This document shows positions 41,210 through 50,323 of a DNA stretch of 64,000 nucleotides, one piece after another. Position numbers and translations under genes: made by a program. The stretch spans positions 5,792,001-5,856,000 of the forward strand of contig OZ245365.1 in NCBI GenBank assembly GCA_965226495.1, in the 5' to 3' direction. Source of the DNA: Candidatus Marinacidobacterales bacterium (GTDB taxonomy: Bacteria > Acidobacteriota > Vicinamibacteria > Marinacidobacterales > DATDRI01). Each line of letters starts with the position of its first letter. The first letter of the stretch is position 1. A model generated the notes under the pieces. The model saw nothing but the letters and a program-made list of their open reading frames with translations. It had not been told where the DNA came from and ran no database searches.

Positions 41210-42232
41210 ATGAGAGCGACTGACATCGAAATCTCCGACGGCACTTACGAAACGGAGGTAGATGGCCGCCGCGTTGCCCTTGAGACAGCCGAAGCGGAAC
41301 TCGACGCGCGAGCCCGAGCCGCCGATGCCGCCGATCCCAGAGTCGGAGAGCTCGACACACTTGGCCAATACCTCAAGGAAACGCACCGTCATCCGCTTCT
41401 CAATCGGGAGCAGGAGCAGAAGGTCTCTCGGGCCATGCGAAAGTCCGAGCGGGCGCTCAAACGTAAGGATTCGACCACAAGCAAGAGGCGGGCTGCCCAA
41501 AGGGAGTTCGATGAGACCAGGGCCCGGATGATCGAGAGCAACCTTCGGTTGGTCGTTTCGATCGCCAAACGCTACAAAAACATGGGCATGGAGCTCACCG
41601 ACTTGGTGCAGGAGGGGAACATCGGGCTGATGCAGGCGGTCGAGCGGTTCGACCCTCGTCGTAATCTAAAGTTCTCCACCTACGCGACGTGGTGGATTCG
41701 CCAGGCCATCACCCGAGCCTTGTCGCAGAAGTCACGGACCATCAAGGTGCCCATCAACAAGCTGGAGCTCGTCCGGATCGCGACCCGATCCAAGGTCAAG
41801 CTGGAGGAGCAACTCGGACGAACACCGACCACGAAGGAGATCGCGAAGGCGGTCGGCGCTCCGGTCTACCAAGTGGAGGCGGCCATGCAGTCGATCCCTC
41901 ACCTCGAGTCTCTGGATGCGTTGGCGGTCGAGGACGGAAGCCCCCGCTGGGAGCTTCAGACTGACGAGCGGTCGGAGTCCCCTTGGCAGGCGGTCGTCGA
42001 TCGCGACATGCGTGAGAAGGTGGGGGCGACTCTCGAGCTCCTGCCTCCCCGTCAGCAGCTGATCGTGCGCATGCGCTTCGGGATTGGCTTCAACTCCGAA
42101 TACAATCTCGAGGAAATTGGTAAGGTCTTGAATCTGACGCGCGAACGCGTTCGTCAGCTTGAGGTCGAGGCCTTGCAGCGACTAAGGGTGGCTGGAGATC
42201 GGCGCGCGCTGAGCTACTTTTTGAAAAAGTGA
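41210..42232 (+). CDS. Alternative sigma-70 factor (RpoD/RpoS-like, no region 1.1)
   Basis: [55 protein letters not shown]. Confidence 0.94.
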   Translation: MRATDIEISDGTYETEVDGRRVALETAEAELDARARAADAADPRVGELDTLGQYLKETHRHPLLNREQEQKVSRAMRKSERALKRKDSTTSKRRAAQREFDETRARMIESNLRLVVSIAKRYKNMGMELTDLVQEGNIGLMQAVERFDPRRNLKFSTYATWWIRQAITRALSQKSRTIKVPINKLELVRIATRSKVKLEEQLGRTPTTKEIAKAVGAPVYQVEAAMQSIPHLESLDALAVEDGSPRWELQTDERSESPWQAVVDRDMREKVGATLELLPPRQQLIVRMRFGIGFNSEYNLEEIGKVLNLTRERVRQLEVEALQRLRVAGDRRALSYFLKK

Positions 42233-42245
42233 GACAAAACAACCG

Positions 42246-42278
42246 GCCCCGGTGGCGAAAGCTGCCGGGGCTTTTTTT
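42246..42278 (+). terminator. Rho-independent terminator
   Basis: GCCCCGGTGGC-GAAA-GCTGCCGGGGC followed by T7. Confidence 0.9.
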
Positions 42279-42284
42279 ATTGAG

Positions 42285-42731
42285 TCACAGAGCGGTGGGT
42301 GCCGTCAGCGCACCGAGAAGAGTGGGGATCCAGTTGATGAAGATGAGAATTAGAATGGGGACGAGGCTGAGATCGAGCACGCGGCAATAACGGGCCAACT
42401 CTTCCCGAAGGTTCGGCAGGCTCAACCAGGCGAATCGCGTCAATGACTGCAAGAGTAGGTAGACGAGAACGAGAATACCGATCCGATGGTGCGACGTACT
42501 TGCCGCCCAATCCGCGTTGGCAGCAGCCACCACTGAGCGGGTCAATCCACACCCCGGGCACGGTACCCCGCTTGCTTGTTTCATCACGCACAAATTCGGC
42601 ACGGCTCTCCCGCCGATGCGAAGCGACGTTTCGGTGTCTGGCGCCGGCGTGAGAAGCATCGCCAGGACCAGGATCGAAGCGCATGCCGCGAGAATCACGA
42701 GGTGGGGTGCTACCGGCTCGCGGTGCAACAT
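42285..42731 (-). CDS. DUF2752-like membrane protein
   Basis: C....GVPCPGCGLTRS motif flanked by TM helices. Confidence 0.85.
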   Translation of the reverse strand: MLHREPVAPHLVILAACASILVLAMLLTPAPDTETSLRIGGRAVPNLCVMKQASGVPCPGCGLTRSVVAAANADWAASTSHHRIGILVLVYLLLQSLTRFAWLSLPNLREELARYCRVLDLSLVPILILIFINWIPTLLGALTAPTAL

Positions 42732-42742
42732 TGTGTCTCAGT

Positions 42743-42769
42743 GCTCGCGGGTCTCCTCGACCCGCGAGC
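42743..42769. repeat. REP-like perfect hairpin
   Basis: GCTCGCGGGTC-TCCTC-GACCCGCGAGC. Confidence 0.6.
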
Positions 42770-42892
42770 TGCGCCTCGCTCTTCCATCAAAGCCGCGGGG
42801 CCCCACCTCCACGGCTCGTCCCTTCGCCGACAAGCGGCTTCGGGAAAGCTGATGGCTCCTCGCTACGGTGCTGTGCATTCCTGAGCACCCTG

Positions 42893-43339
42893 CTACCTAA
42901 AAGCTTCCTTGATGTGGGGCTTGGTTAGTGTCACGAGACTCCAAATCCCGACCGGAAGTCCGATGATGCAGCACGGGCTGACGCAAGGCACCATCGCGAC
43001 TACGCTTGCCGCGACGGCGAGGCCGTATTGGCTGAGTTTCTTCATCTCGAGCGCTGCGTAGACGAGGAATCCAGCCACCAAGAGCCCCAATATGCTCGAG
43101 GTGATGCCGATTCCCCCGGACAAGTACTGAGCAAACTCCTCCTCGGCGCTTCCCGCCAACATGGTACCGAGGCTGACCCCGAGTAGATTACCGAGCAGGC
43201 CAAGGAACGCGAAGAAACCACCGAAGACCGCGGTAATCAAGAGCCCAATGGCCGGGCCCGAAACTTCTTGGGAGGGATCGCCAGCGGGTTTCGGAGGGGA
43301 CACCAGGGGTGGCGGTGGTGGTGGCGGTATGCTCGACAT
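42893..43339 (-). CDS. Small membrane protein with Pro-rich N-terminus and Cys-rich C-terminal TM
   Basis: PPPPPPP, GPAIGL, PCVSPCCIIGLPVGIWSL; co-oriented with the DUF2752 gene. Confidence 0.8.
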   Translation of the reverse strand: MSSIPPPPPPPLVSPPKPAGDPSQEVSGPAIGLLITAVFGGFFAFLGLLGNLLGVSLGTMLAGSAEEEFAQYLSGGIGITSSILGLLVAGFLVYAALEMKKLSQYGLAVAASVVAMVPCVSPCCIIGLPVGIWSLVTLTKPHIKEAFR

Positions 43340-43419
43340 TGTTAGAACCTCCCTTTTAGGGCTAAAGCGATCACTTGTATATTAGATTCCGCGCGGTACT
43401 TCAAACGCTCGCTAAATAA

Positions 43420-43655
43420 GCTCTTCTTCCTTTTTTCCCTCTCCCTCTGGGAGAGGGTGGCGTCAAGACACCTCATGCCCATGATGCAAGCCAAAAAAGG
43501 TAGCAGCTGACAATCAAGCGAGCCAGACGCTGGTGGCCAGTCGCCGGGTGAGGGTAACCGTGGCTCTTCTTCCTTTATTCCCTCTCCCGTGGGAGGACTG
43601 CGGCCGTCAAAATACGTCGTGCCAACGAGCAAGGCGCTCAGGCGGCGGGTGAGGG
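43420..43655. repeat. Two tandem BoxC-type repeats with inserted cassettes
   Basis: Unit A 43420-43554 and unit B 43563-43655: GCTCTTCTTCCTTT lead, CCCTCTCCC..GGGAG, insert, GGGTGAGGG. Confidence 0.8.
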
Positions 43656-43691
43656 CAGATTGCCCTCTCCGCGAACCATGAGTACTATCAA

Positions 43692-44837
43692 ATGATGAAA
43701 ATCAACGTTGTCGGAGGCGGGCCCGCCGGCCTCTACTTCTCCATCCTGATGAAGAAGCTCGACCCGGGTCACAAGATCACACTCTACGAACGCGACGGGT
43801 CCAACGATACCTATGGGTGGGGAATCGTTTTCTCCGACAAAACGATGACCTATCTAAGAGATGCCGACCGAGAGTCTCACGAGAGTATTGCGCGCGCCTT
43901 CGAGACATGGCCGAACGTGGATGTGGTTCATCGTGGCGCGAAGCACTCAGTTCTAGGCAACCAGTTTTCGGGTATCGCCCGGGTCTCCTTTCTGAACATC
44001 CTGCAGGAGCGTTGCAAGGAACTTGGTGTGGATTTGAAATTTCTCGCCAACATTACCAAGGTGGAGCATGTCGCGGACTGTGACCTGCTCGTGGCCGCCG
44101 ATGGGGCCAATAGTTTGGTGCGGAAAACCTATGAAGACGCTTTCAGGCCCAGCCTCGATGTGAGGAAGAACAAATACATCTGGCTTGGCACGGAGCGGTT
44201 GTTCCACGGATTGACGCTGATTCTACGTACCAATGAGGCCGGGCTTTTCGTGGCCCATGCCTACAAATTCAACAACGCCCACAGCACTTTCATAGTCGAG
44301 TGTGTGGGAGAGACATGGGAAAGGGCGGGCCTCCGAGACAAAGACGATGCGCAAACGTGTGGTTACTTGGAAGAAGTTTTCAAGGACGACCTGGAAGGAA
44401 AACCGCTCCTGCACAACAACTTCGTGCGCTGGCTCAATTTTGTCATCGTGCGAAACGGAAACTGGGTTCACAAAAACACGGTTCTCCTCGGTGACGCTGC
44501 TCACACCGCTCATTTTTCGATCGGTTCCGGTACCAAATTGGCACTCGAAGATGCCATCTCTCTCGCCGGTTGTTTTCGAAGCACCCTCGACGTGGCACGA
44601 GCCTTGGCTCAGTATCAGAGCGTCCGAAAACCAGTTGTCCAAGACTTGCAAGAAGCTGCGGAGTCCAGTTTGGTTTGGCTCGAGAACGCGCAACAAAAGA
44701 TCGAGCTGGAGCCGATCCCACTCACTTACGAGCTAATGACCCGCAGCAGGAAAGTCGACTACGAAAAGCTGAAGAAGCGCGATCCGGAATTCGTCGCGCT
44801 CTACGATGAATGGCGGGGTGCCGATACAGGAAGCTAG
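43692..44837 (+). CDS. FAD-dependent monooxygenase (salicylyl-/anthraniloyl-CoA hydroxylase N-terminal-domain type)
   Basis: GGGPAGLY, DTYGWGIVFSD, ADGANS, GDAAHTAHFSIGSGTKLALED, MTRSRKV. Confidence 0.9.
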   Translation: MMKINVVGGGPAGLYFSILMKKLDPGHKITLYERDGSNDTYGWGIVFSDKTMTYLRDADRESHESIARAFETWPNVDVVHRGAKHSVLGNQFSGIARVSFLNILQERCKELGVDLKFLANITKVEHVADCDLLVAADGANSLVRKTYEDAFRPSLDVRKNKYIWLGTERLFHGLTLILRTNEAGLFVAHAYKFNNAHSTFIVECVGETWERAGLRDKDDAQTCGYLEEVFKDDLEGKPLLHNNFVRWLNFVIVRNGNWVHKNTVLLGDAAHTAHFSIGSGTKLALEDAISLAGCFRSTLDVARALAQYQSVRKPVVQDLQEAAESSLVWLENAQQKIELEPIPLTYELMTRSRKVDYEKLKKRDPEFVALYDEWRGADTGS

Positions 44838-45982
44838 CCTCTCCGGCAATACTCCTGGGCCAGATCTACCAAAATGTCACGGCAGTCGTAGATATCTTGG
44901 ATCTCCGCGTACTCCACTAGGCTATGAAGCCCGGCGCCGCCGGGGCCGAAGACGACGCTCGGAATCGCCGCCTCCGCGAGGATCGCGGAGTCGGTCCATG
45001 CGGTAAGCCCCCCGAACTCGACTCCCCTATCAGTGGCGCGCTCGATGGCCCGAGCCACAGCCTGCGGCAGGGCATGAGATGTCGAGATCTCGTAGGGCGG
45101 GCGGGCAAACGTCAGCTCGCACTCGGCCTTGAAACGCGGATCCTCTTGTCGGAGTCGATCGAGGAGCGCGTCGAGCTCAGTTTCGGCATCGGCCTCGGAC
45201 TCACCAGGGAGGGTGCGCCGCTCGACTTCGAGCCCGCATCGATCCGGATAGCTGGAAAGCTCGCGACCTCCCTTTATCAGTGAGGCATGGACGGAAGGTG
45301 TGCCGAGGCGAGGGTGAGGCAAAATGCCTCGAAGGTTTTTGTCGAGTTCCTCGAGGCCCACGAGAACCCGTCCCATGTGGGTGATGGCGTCGATACCCTC
45401 CTCGGGGCGGCTTCCGTGCGCGGCTTTTCCTTGCGTCTCGATGTGGAACCAGGCGAAACCCTTGTGGGCGACCAAGACCTTCAAGTCTGAGGGCTCGAAC
45501 ACGATGGCGGCGTCCGCCTGGACGGTTTCGACCAGCGCCTCGGTACCGGAAGATCGATATTCCTCATCGACCACAGCGGCGACGGCGATCTCTCCTCCGT
45601 GTGGAGAGCCTTCGGCAAGTTTGGCGGCTGCCGCCAGCATGGCGGCCAAGCCGCTCTTGATATCGTGCGCGCCGCGGCCGTATAGCCTGCCGTTTTCGAC
45701 CCGCGCCTCGAATGGGTCCTCCATCCCTTCGGCGCTGACCGTATCCAGATGACAGCACAATAAAAGGCTGGGCCCATCGCCGCCGCCCCGCAGACGGCCC
45801 ACGACGTTCGGTCTCGCCGGTTCGACCTCGATCATCTCGGCCTCGATGCGGTGCTCTTCGAGAAAGGCGTGCACGAAGCGAGCGATCTCTTGTTCTCCCG
45901 GCGCTCCGGGCACGAGTTTGGGGTTGACCGAGTTGATACGCACCAGACTGCGTGCGAGCTCTAGGGTTTCCCGATCGTCCAT
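44834..45982 (-). CDS. M20 family deacylase (ArgE/DapE-like)
   Basis: HLDTV, GRGAHDIKSG, DEEY, EPS, AAHGSRP, GPG...LHS..E. Confidence 0.92.
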   Translation of the reverse strand: MDDRETLELARSLVRINSVNPKLVPGAPGEQEIARFVHAFLEEHRIEAEMIEVEPARPNVVGRLRGGGDGPSLLLCCHLDTVSAEGMEDPFEARVENGRLYGRGAHDIKSGLAAMLAAAAKLAEGSPHGGEIAVAAVVDEEYRSSGTEALVETVQADAAIVFEPSDLKVLVAHKGFAWFHIETQGKAAHGSRPEEGIDAITHMGRVLVGLEELDKNLRGILPHPRLGTPSVHASLIKGGRELSSYPDRCGLEVERRTLPGESEADAETELDALLDRLRQEDPRFKAECELTFARPPYEISTSHALPQAVARAIERATDRGVEFGGLTAWTDSAILAEAAIPSVVFGPGGAGLHSLVEYAEIQDIYDCRDILVDLAQEYCRRG

Positions 45983-46111
45983 GGGGTCTGTCGGCCTGTC
46001 GGGTCTGGTGGGACGCGCCTACACCTCTAAATTAATGCTCTAGGGGATCGCAGTCAAGGATGAAGTGGTCAGCACATGGTGCTATCATTCACGGCGGAAG
46101 GAACAGAAAGA

Positions 46112-46528
46112 ATGTCGGTGGTGAGCGTCCAGAAGTCTGTCGACAGCCGCGGCGACAACCACGTCATCGATATTACTTCCGAAGTCGCTAGCTCGGTTGC
46201 GGAAGCTGGAATCGAAACCGGTGTCGCGACGGTGTTCGTCACCGGTTCGACTGCCGGCGTCACCACCGTCGAGTTCGAGCCCGGCCTAGTGAAAGATCTG
46301 GACGCAGCGTTCAATCGACTCATGCCGAGAGAGCTGGAATATCGACACCATGAGACCTGGGGCGATGACAACGGCCATAGCCATGTTCGGGCTTCCTTGC
46401 TTGGCCCATCGCTGACTGTACCCTTCGAGCACGGTCAACTTGTCCTGGGCACATGGCAACAGATCGTCCTCATCGATTTCGACACCCGGCCTCGGAGCCG
46501 GAACTATATGATTCAGATCATGGGCTAG
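46112..46528 (+). CDS. yjbQ: YjbQ / UPF0047 family protein
   Basis: DITSEV, GSTAG, DNGHSHVRASLLG, LGTWQQI...DFD. Confidence 0.92.
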   Translation: MSVVSVQKSVDSRGDNHVIDITSEVASSVAEAGIETGVATVFVTGSTAGVTTVEFEPGLVKDLDAAFNRLMPRELEYRHHETWGDDNGHSHVRASLLGPSLTVPFEHGQLVLGTWQQIVLIDFDTRPRSRNYMIQIMG

Positions 46529-46694
46529 TGTCCTGTATCAGTAGATCGTTGCCTAAAGCTCGAGGCCATTTTGTGTGCTGGCGAGGCGTGCCGAGCGGAG
46601 GGCTAGGCCGAAGGCTGAACTGCACCGAGGCACAACGAAGCCAGCGCGCAAAAGGGGCCGAGATTTAGGTGACGAATTACTGATACAGGACACT
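46527..46694. mobile_element. Palindromic MITE-like element, 168 bp
   Basis: Perfect 17-bp terminal inverted repeats AGTGTCCTGTATCAGTA / TACTGATACAGGACACT, with imperfect pairing extending about 55 bp; non-coding. Confidence 0.8.
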
Positions 46695-46727
46695 CGGCAA
46701 GTAACACAACTCTTGGAGGGTCACTGA

Positions 46728-47363
46728 ATGATCGTTTTGGTAGACGAGAAGCTCGAAGCATATGCCGCTAACCACACCCGGGCTCAGCCGGAGTTGTTGA
46801 ATCGTCTCGCCCGGGAAACGCACGGGTCGATGAAGGACCCGGAGATGCTCACCGGACGACTCGAGGGTGGTTTCTTGCGATTGATGGTGAGAGCCCTTCA
46901 AGCCCGCCGCATTGTCGAGGTCGGCATGTTCACCGGCTACAGCGCACTCTCGATGGCAGAGGCGCTTCCCGTCGATGGCAAGCTCATTACCTGCGAAGTC
47001 AACCCCGAAGCGGAGGCCGTCGCCCGCCGTTACTTCCGAGAAAGTCCCCACGGCGACAAGATCGAGATTCGTATGGGGCCGGCACTCGAAACGCTCGAAA
47101 AACTCGAGGGCCCCTTCGACTTTGCCTTCATCGACGCGGACAAGGAAAACTATCCTACTTACTACGAGCTGTGTCTGGAGAGACTTCGACCGGGAGGCGC
47201 CATCGCTGTGGACAATGTGCTGTGGAGCGGCCGGGTGCTGGATCCTCAGGACGAGGAAACCCGTGCCATCGCTACTCTAAACGAGCGAGTGAGTAAGGAC
47301 GATCGAGTGGATCACGCCTTGTTGACGATTCGAGACGGCCTCATGTTGGTAATCAAAAAGTGA
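46728..47363 (+). CDS. SAM-dependent O-methyltransferase (caffeoyl-CoA OMT-like)
   Basis: VEVGMFTGYS, FDFAFIDADKENY, DNVLWSG, IRDGL. Confidence 0.93.
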   Translation: MIVLVDEKLEAYAANHTRAQPELLNRLARETHGSMKDPEMLTGRLEGGFLRLMVRALQARRIVEVGMFTGYSALSMAEALPVDGKLITCEVNPEAEAVARRYFRESPHGDKIEIRMGPALETLEKLEGPFDFAFIDADKENYPTYYELCLERLRPGGAIAVDNVLWSGRVLDPQDEETRAIATLNERVSKDDRVDHALLTIRDGLMLVIKK

Positions 47364-47383
47364 TGTGAGGGAGAGCCAAGCGC

Positions 47384-48751
47384 CTACGATTTTTCCGAGA
47401 GCGCCTCTTCGGTTTTTCTCGGGTCGACCAATTCGTAGTCTCTGATCTTCTTGTCGAGGGTGGGGCGAGTGATCCCCAAGATCTCGCTTGCCCGTGACTT
47501 ATTCCAGCGTGTAGAGCGCAGCACGCTGTCGATGTACTGCTTCTCCATCTCTCTGAGCGACATGAGCGCGCCGGAAATCTTGCCCGGCTCCGTGGCCAGA
47601 GGCAAATGCTCCCCCACCAACACGTCTCCTCGCGATAAGGTCACGGCGCGGGTAAGGGCATTCTCGAGCTCTCGGACGTTACCTTTCCACTCGTAGTTGA
47701 CGAGAAGCTGCATGACGCTATCCGGCACTTTCCGAACGTTGGTGTGAAGTTGCCGGTTGATTTTTTCCAACAGGTGGGCCGCCAATAGCGGAACGTCTTC
47801 GCGCCTTTCTCGCAGCGGGGGGAGGGTAACTTCTACGACCTTGAGTCGGTAGTAGAGGTCTTCCCTGAAGATGCCTCGCTGGACCAGATCTTCCAGGTTG
47901 CGATTAGTGGCCCCGATGATGCGTGCCTCGGTGCGCTGGGTTTTTTCTCCGCCGACCCTCGAGTACTCCCGATTCTCGACCACCCTCAAGAGCTTGGCCT
48001 GAAGGTTCGGGGAGATGTCACCGATCTCGTCGAGGAATAGGGTTCCGTTGCCGGCGATCTCGATCTTGCCTCGGCTGTCACGTACCGCGCCGGTGAAGGC
48101 TCCACGCACATGACCGAAGAGCTCGCTTTCGAGAACACCTTCCGCCAAGGCTGTACAGTTGACGGCTACGAAGGGCTCGTGACGATTATCGGCGTTGTAA
48201 TGGATGGCTCGTGCCACCAGCTCTTTTCCGGTTCCGGATTCACCCCGAATCATGGCGGTGGTTCTGCTCCGGGAAAGCATGCCGATGGTTTTGAACACTT
48301 CGCGCATCTGCGAGGTACGGCCGATGATGTTGTCGATGCTCCACTCCCGAGAGGCCTCGGTGACGATGTAATCGAGCTTGGTGTCCATTTCCTGCATCCG
48401 CATCGCCTTGCGGATGCCCAGCATCAACTCGTCGTAGTCGATGGGTTTACAGATGTACTCGAAGGCACCGAGCTTCACCGCCTCGACCGTGGTACGCATG
48501 TCGTCGAAGGCAGTGATCATGATGACGTAAGCTTTGGGATCGACTGCCTTGATCTCTTTGAGCACGCCGAGACCATCGAGCTCCGGAAGGTGAATGTCCA
48601 AAATTACCAGATCCGGCTCTAATTCCTTGAAGCGCTGTACCCCCTCTTTGCCGTCGGAGGCAAGGTGGACCTCGAAACCCTCTCCGGAGAGATGGTTCTT
48701 GAAGGTTTGGCGGATCAGGCGATCGTCGTCAATGGCTAGGATGGACTTCAT
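47384..48751 (-). CDS. Sigma54-dependent response regulator (NtrC/AtoC family)
   Basis: Receiver domain, GESGTGKE, ESELFGH..GAFTGA, LFLDEIG, FREDLYYRL, GNVREL, Fis HTH. Confidence 0.95.
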   Translation of the reverse strand: MKSILAIDDDRLIRQTFKNHLSGEGFEVHLASDGKEGVQRFKELEPDLVILDIHLPELDGLGVLKEIKAVDPKAYVIMITAFDDMRTTVEAVKLGAFEYICKPIDYDELMLGIRKAMRMQEMDTKLDYIVTEASREWSIDNIIGRTSQMREVFKTIGMLSRSRTTAMIRGESGTGKELVARAIHYNADNRHEPFVAVNCTALAEGVLESELFGHVRGAFTGAVRDSRGKIEIAGNGTLFLDEIGDISPNLQAKLLRVVENREYSRVGGEKTQRTEARIIGATNRNLEDLVQRGIFREDLYYRLKVVEVTLPPLRERREDVPLLAAHLLEKINRQLHTNVRKVPDSVMQLLVNYEWKGNVRELENALTRAVTLSRGDVLVGEHLPLATEPGKISGALMSLREMEKQYIDSVLRSTRWNKSRASEILGITRPTLDKKIRDYELVDPRKTEEALSEKS

Positions 48752-50318
48752 TGGAATCTCTCATTGCCACGCTCGGTTTGTGGCTTGCGGGTTGACCGTC
48801 CCCGTAGGACAAGTGGATGGTGACGGTGGTACCCACCGAGACCGTACTTTTTACATCGACCGTACCGTTGTGGATCTCGACGACCTTACGGGCGTTGGTG
48901 AGTCCGAGCCCGGTTCCGAGACTCTTGGTCGTGAAAAAAGGCTCGAAGATTGATTTCAGTTCCTTTTCCTCGATGCCGGCTCCATCGTCCGCGATTTGGA
49001 CGATGGCGCGCCGCCGTTTCTCCCCGTCTTTCTCGGCAGGCTCAGCAGGCTCAGCAGGCGTCTCTGGTGCCAGGGCGGTCCATACCACGACTTTGCCTCC
49101 CGCCCCCAGCGCCTCGGCGGAATTGAGAAGAATGTTCAGGAAGGCCTGGCGTAGCTTATCGCCGTCGACCAGAATGAGCGGAACGTTGGGAGCGTATTCC
49201 CTGACGATCCGGACGTTCTTGTCTTCGAGTTGATCCTGGACGAATTTGAGAGCGTCGTCCATGAGGTTGTCCAAAGAAAAGAAGTCCTTGGTGAGGATCG
49301 GTTCGCGTGCATATGCCAGCAGTTCTTTCACGATTCTCTCGACTTGATGAATTCCGCTCTCCGCGATTTCGATCTGTTCTTTCTCGTGGGGGACCAGGGA
49401 GGGGCTTCTTCCGACCTTTTGGATGTTGAGCTTGATGGCGGTCAACGGATTCCGGATCTCGTGCGCCATCGCCGCCGCCAGTCGACCGATGGTCGCCAGT
49501 TTTTCGACTTCGACGAGTCGCCGGGAGGTCCTTTCGATCTCGCGTCGGTCTTCCAGAATCTGAGCCGTCATTTGGTTGAAGTTCGCAGCGAGCTCTCCTA
49601 TCTCGTCCCCCGGCGCGATGTGGATGCGGTGGTTCAAGTCACCCTGCGCGACCTTGATCGTTCCCTCGACGAGGGTCTCGAGCGGGCTGCTGATCCGTTT
49701 CGCAAGGAACATGGCTCCCAAGGTACCCAAGGCGAGCCCCAGAAAACCGAGGCTGACCAGGCCGATTCGGGTGCGGTGGATCTCTGCATTGAGCTGCTCG
49801 AGCGAGAGTCCTAACTTCACCGCTCCCCAGAGCTCGTCTTCACCGGCGAGAATCGGTGCGACAATTTCCAAGACCGCGATTTCTTGCAGGACCTCGCTGT
49901 CGTTGGGTCCAGGAGTCTCGAACGTCAAAGAGCCCATCAGGACGCGGCCTTCTTCGAGACGTCCCATTTCGGCGCCCATTTCGAAAAGCTCTGCCGGGAA
50001 GTTGCGACGAGCCTCCTGATTGGAGGCCAGAGCCTTGGCGCTGCGACTAAAGATGATGGCGTAGAGGATGTCGGAGTCTTCCGCCGTCTTTTCCATGTTC
50101 TGCTGTAGCGCGACGGTGTCGTAGTAAAGGAGGGGGGTTACCGACAAATCGGCCACCGCTTTGGCCAAGGCGGCACCGTGCTCGCGCGCTTGCTCTAGGA
50201 TCACCGCCGTCTGCCGGCGTTCGACGAAGAAGACCACAATGATCATGAGTAGCGTGATGAGCGCGGTGGAGCTCAGGATGAAGCGGCTCCGCAGGCTCAA
50301 GGGGCGACGGGTGAGCAT
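48729..50318 (-). CDS. Sensor histidine kinase with two TMs and HAMP domain
   Basis: DEIGELAANFNQM, AHEIRNPL, NILLN, DDGAG, FEPFFTTK, GTGLGL. Confidence 0.94.
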   Translation of the reverse strand: MLTRRPLSLRSRFILSSTALITLLMIIVVFFVERRQTAVILEQAREHGAALAKAVADLSVTPLLYYDTVALQQNMEKTAEDSDILYAIIFSRSAKALASNQEARRNFPAELFEMGAEMGRLEEGRVLMGSLTFETPGPNDSEVLQEIAVLEIVAPILAGEDELWGAVKLGLSLEQLNAEIHRTRIGLVSLGFLGLALGTLGAMFLAKRISSPLETLVEGTIKVAQGDLNHRIHIAPGDEIGELAANFNQMTAQILEDRREIERTSRRLVEVEKLATIGRLAAAMAHEIRNPLTAIKLNIQKVGRSPSLVPHEKEQIEIAESGIHQVERIVKELLAYAREPILTKDFFSLDNLMDDALKFVQDQLEDKNVRIVREYAPNVPLILVDGDKLRQAFLNILLNSAEALGAGGKVVVWTALAPETPAEPAEPAEKDGEKRRRAIVQIADDGAGIEEKELKSIFEPFFTTKSLGTGLGLTNARKVVEIHNGTVDVKSTVSVGTTVTIHLSYGDGQPASHKPSVAMRDSNEVHPSH

Positions 50319-50323
50319 CGAGG

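Noticed and set aside
43420-43655. Repeat-spacer-repeat pattern suggesting a CRISPR array
   Set aside because: Only two units, unequal spacers related to other loci, the repeat is dispersed across the window, and there are no cas genes.
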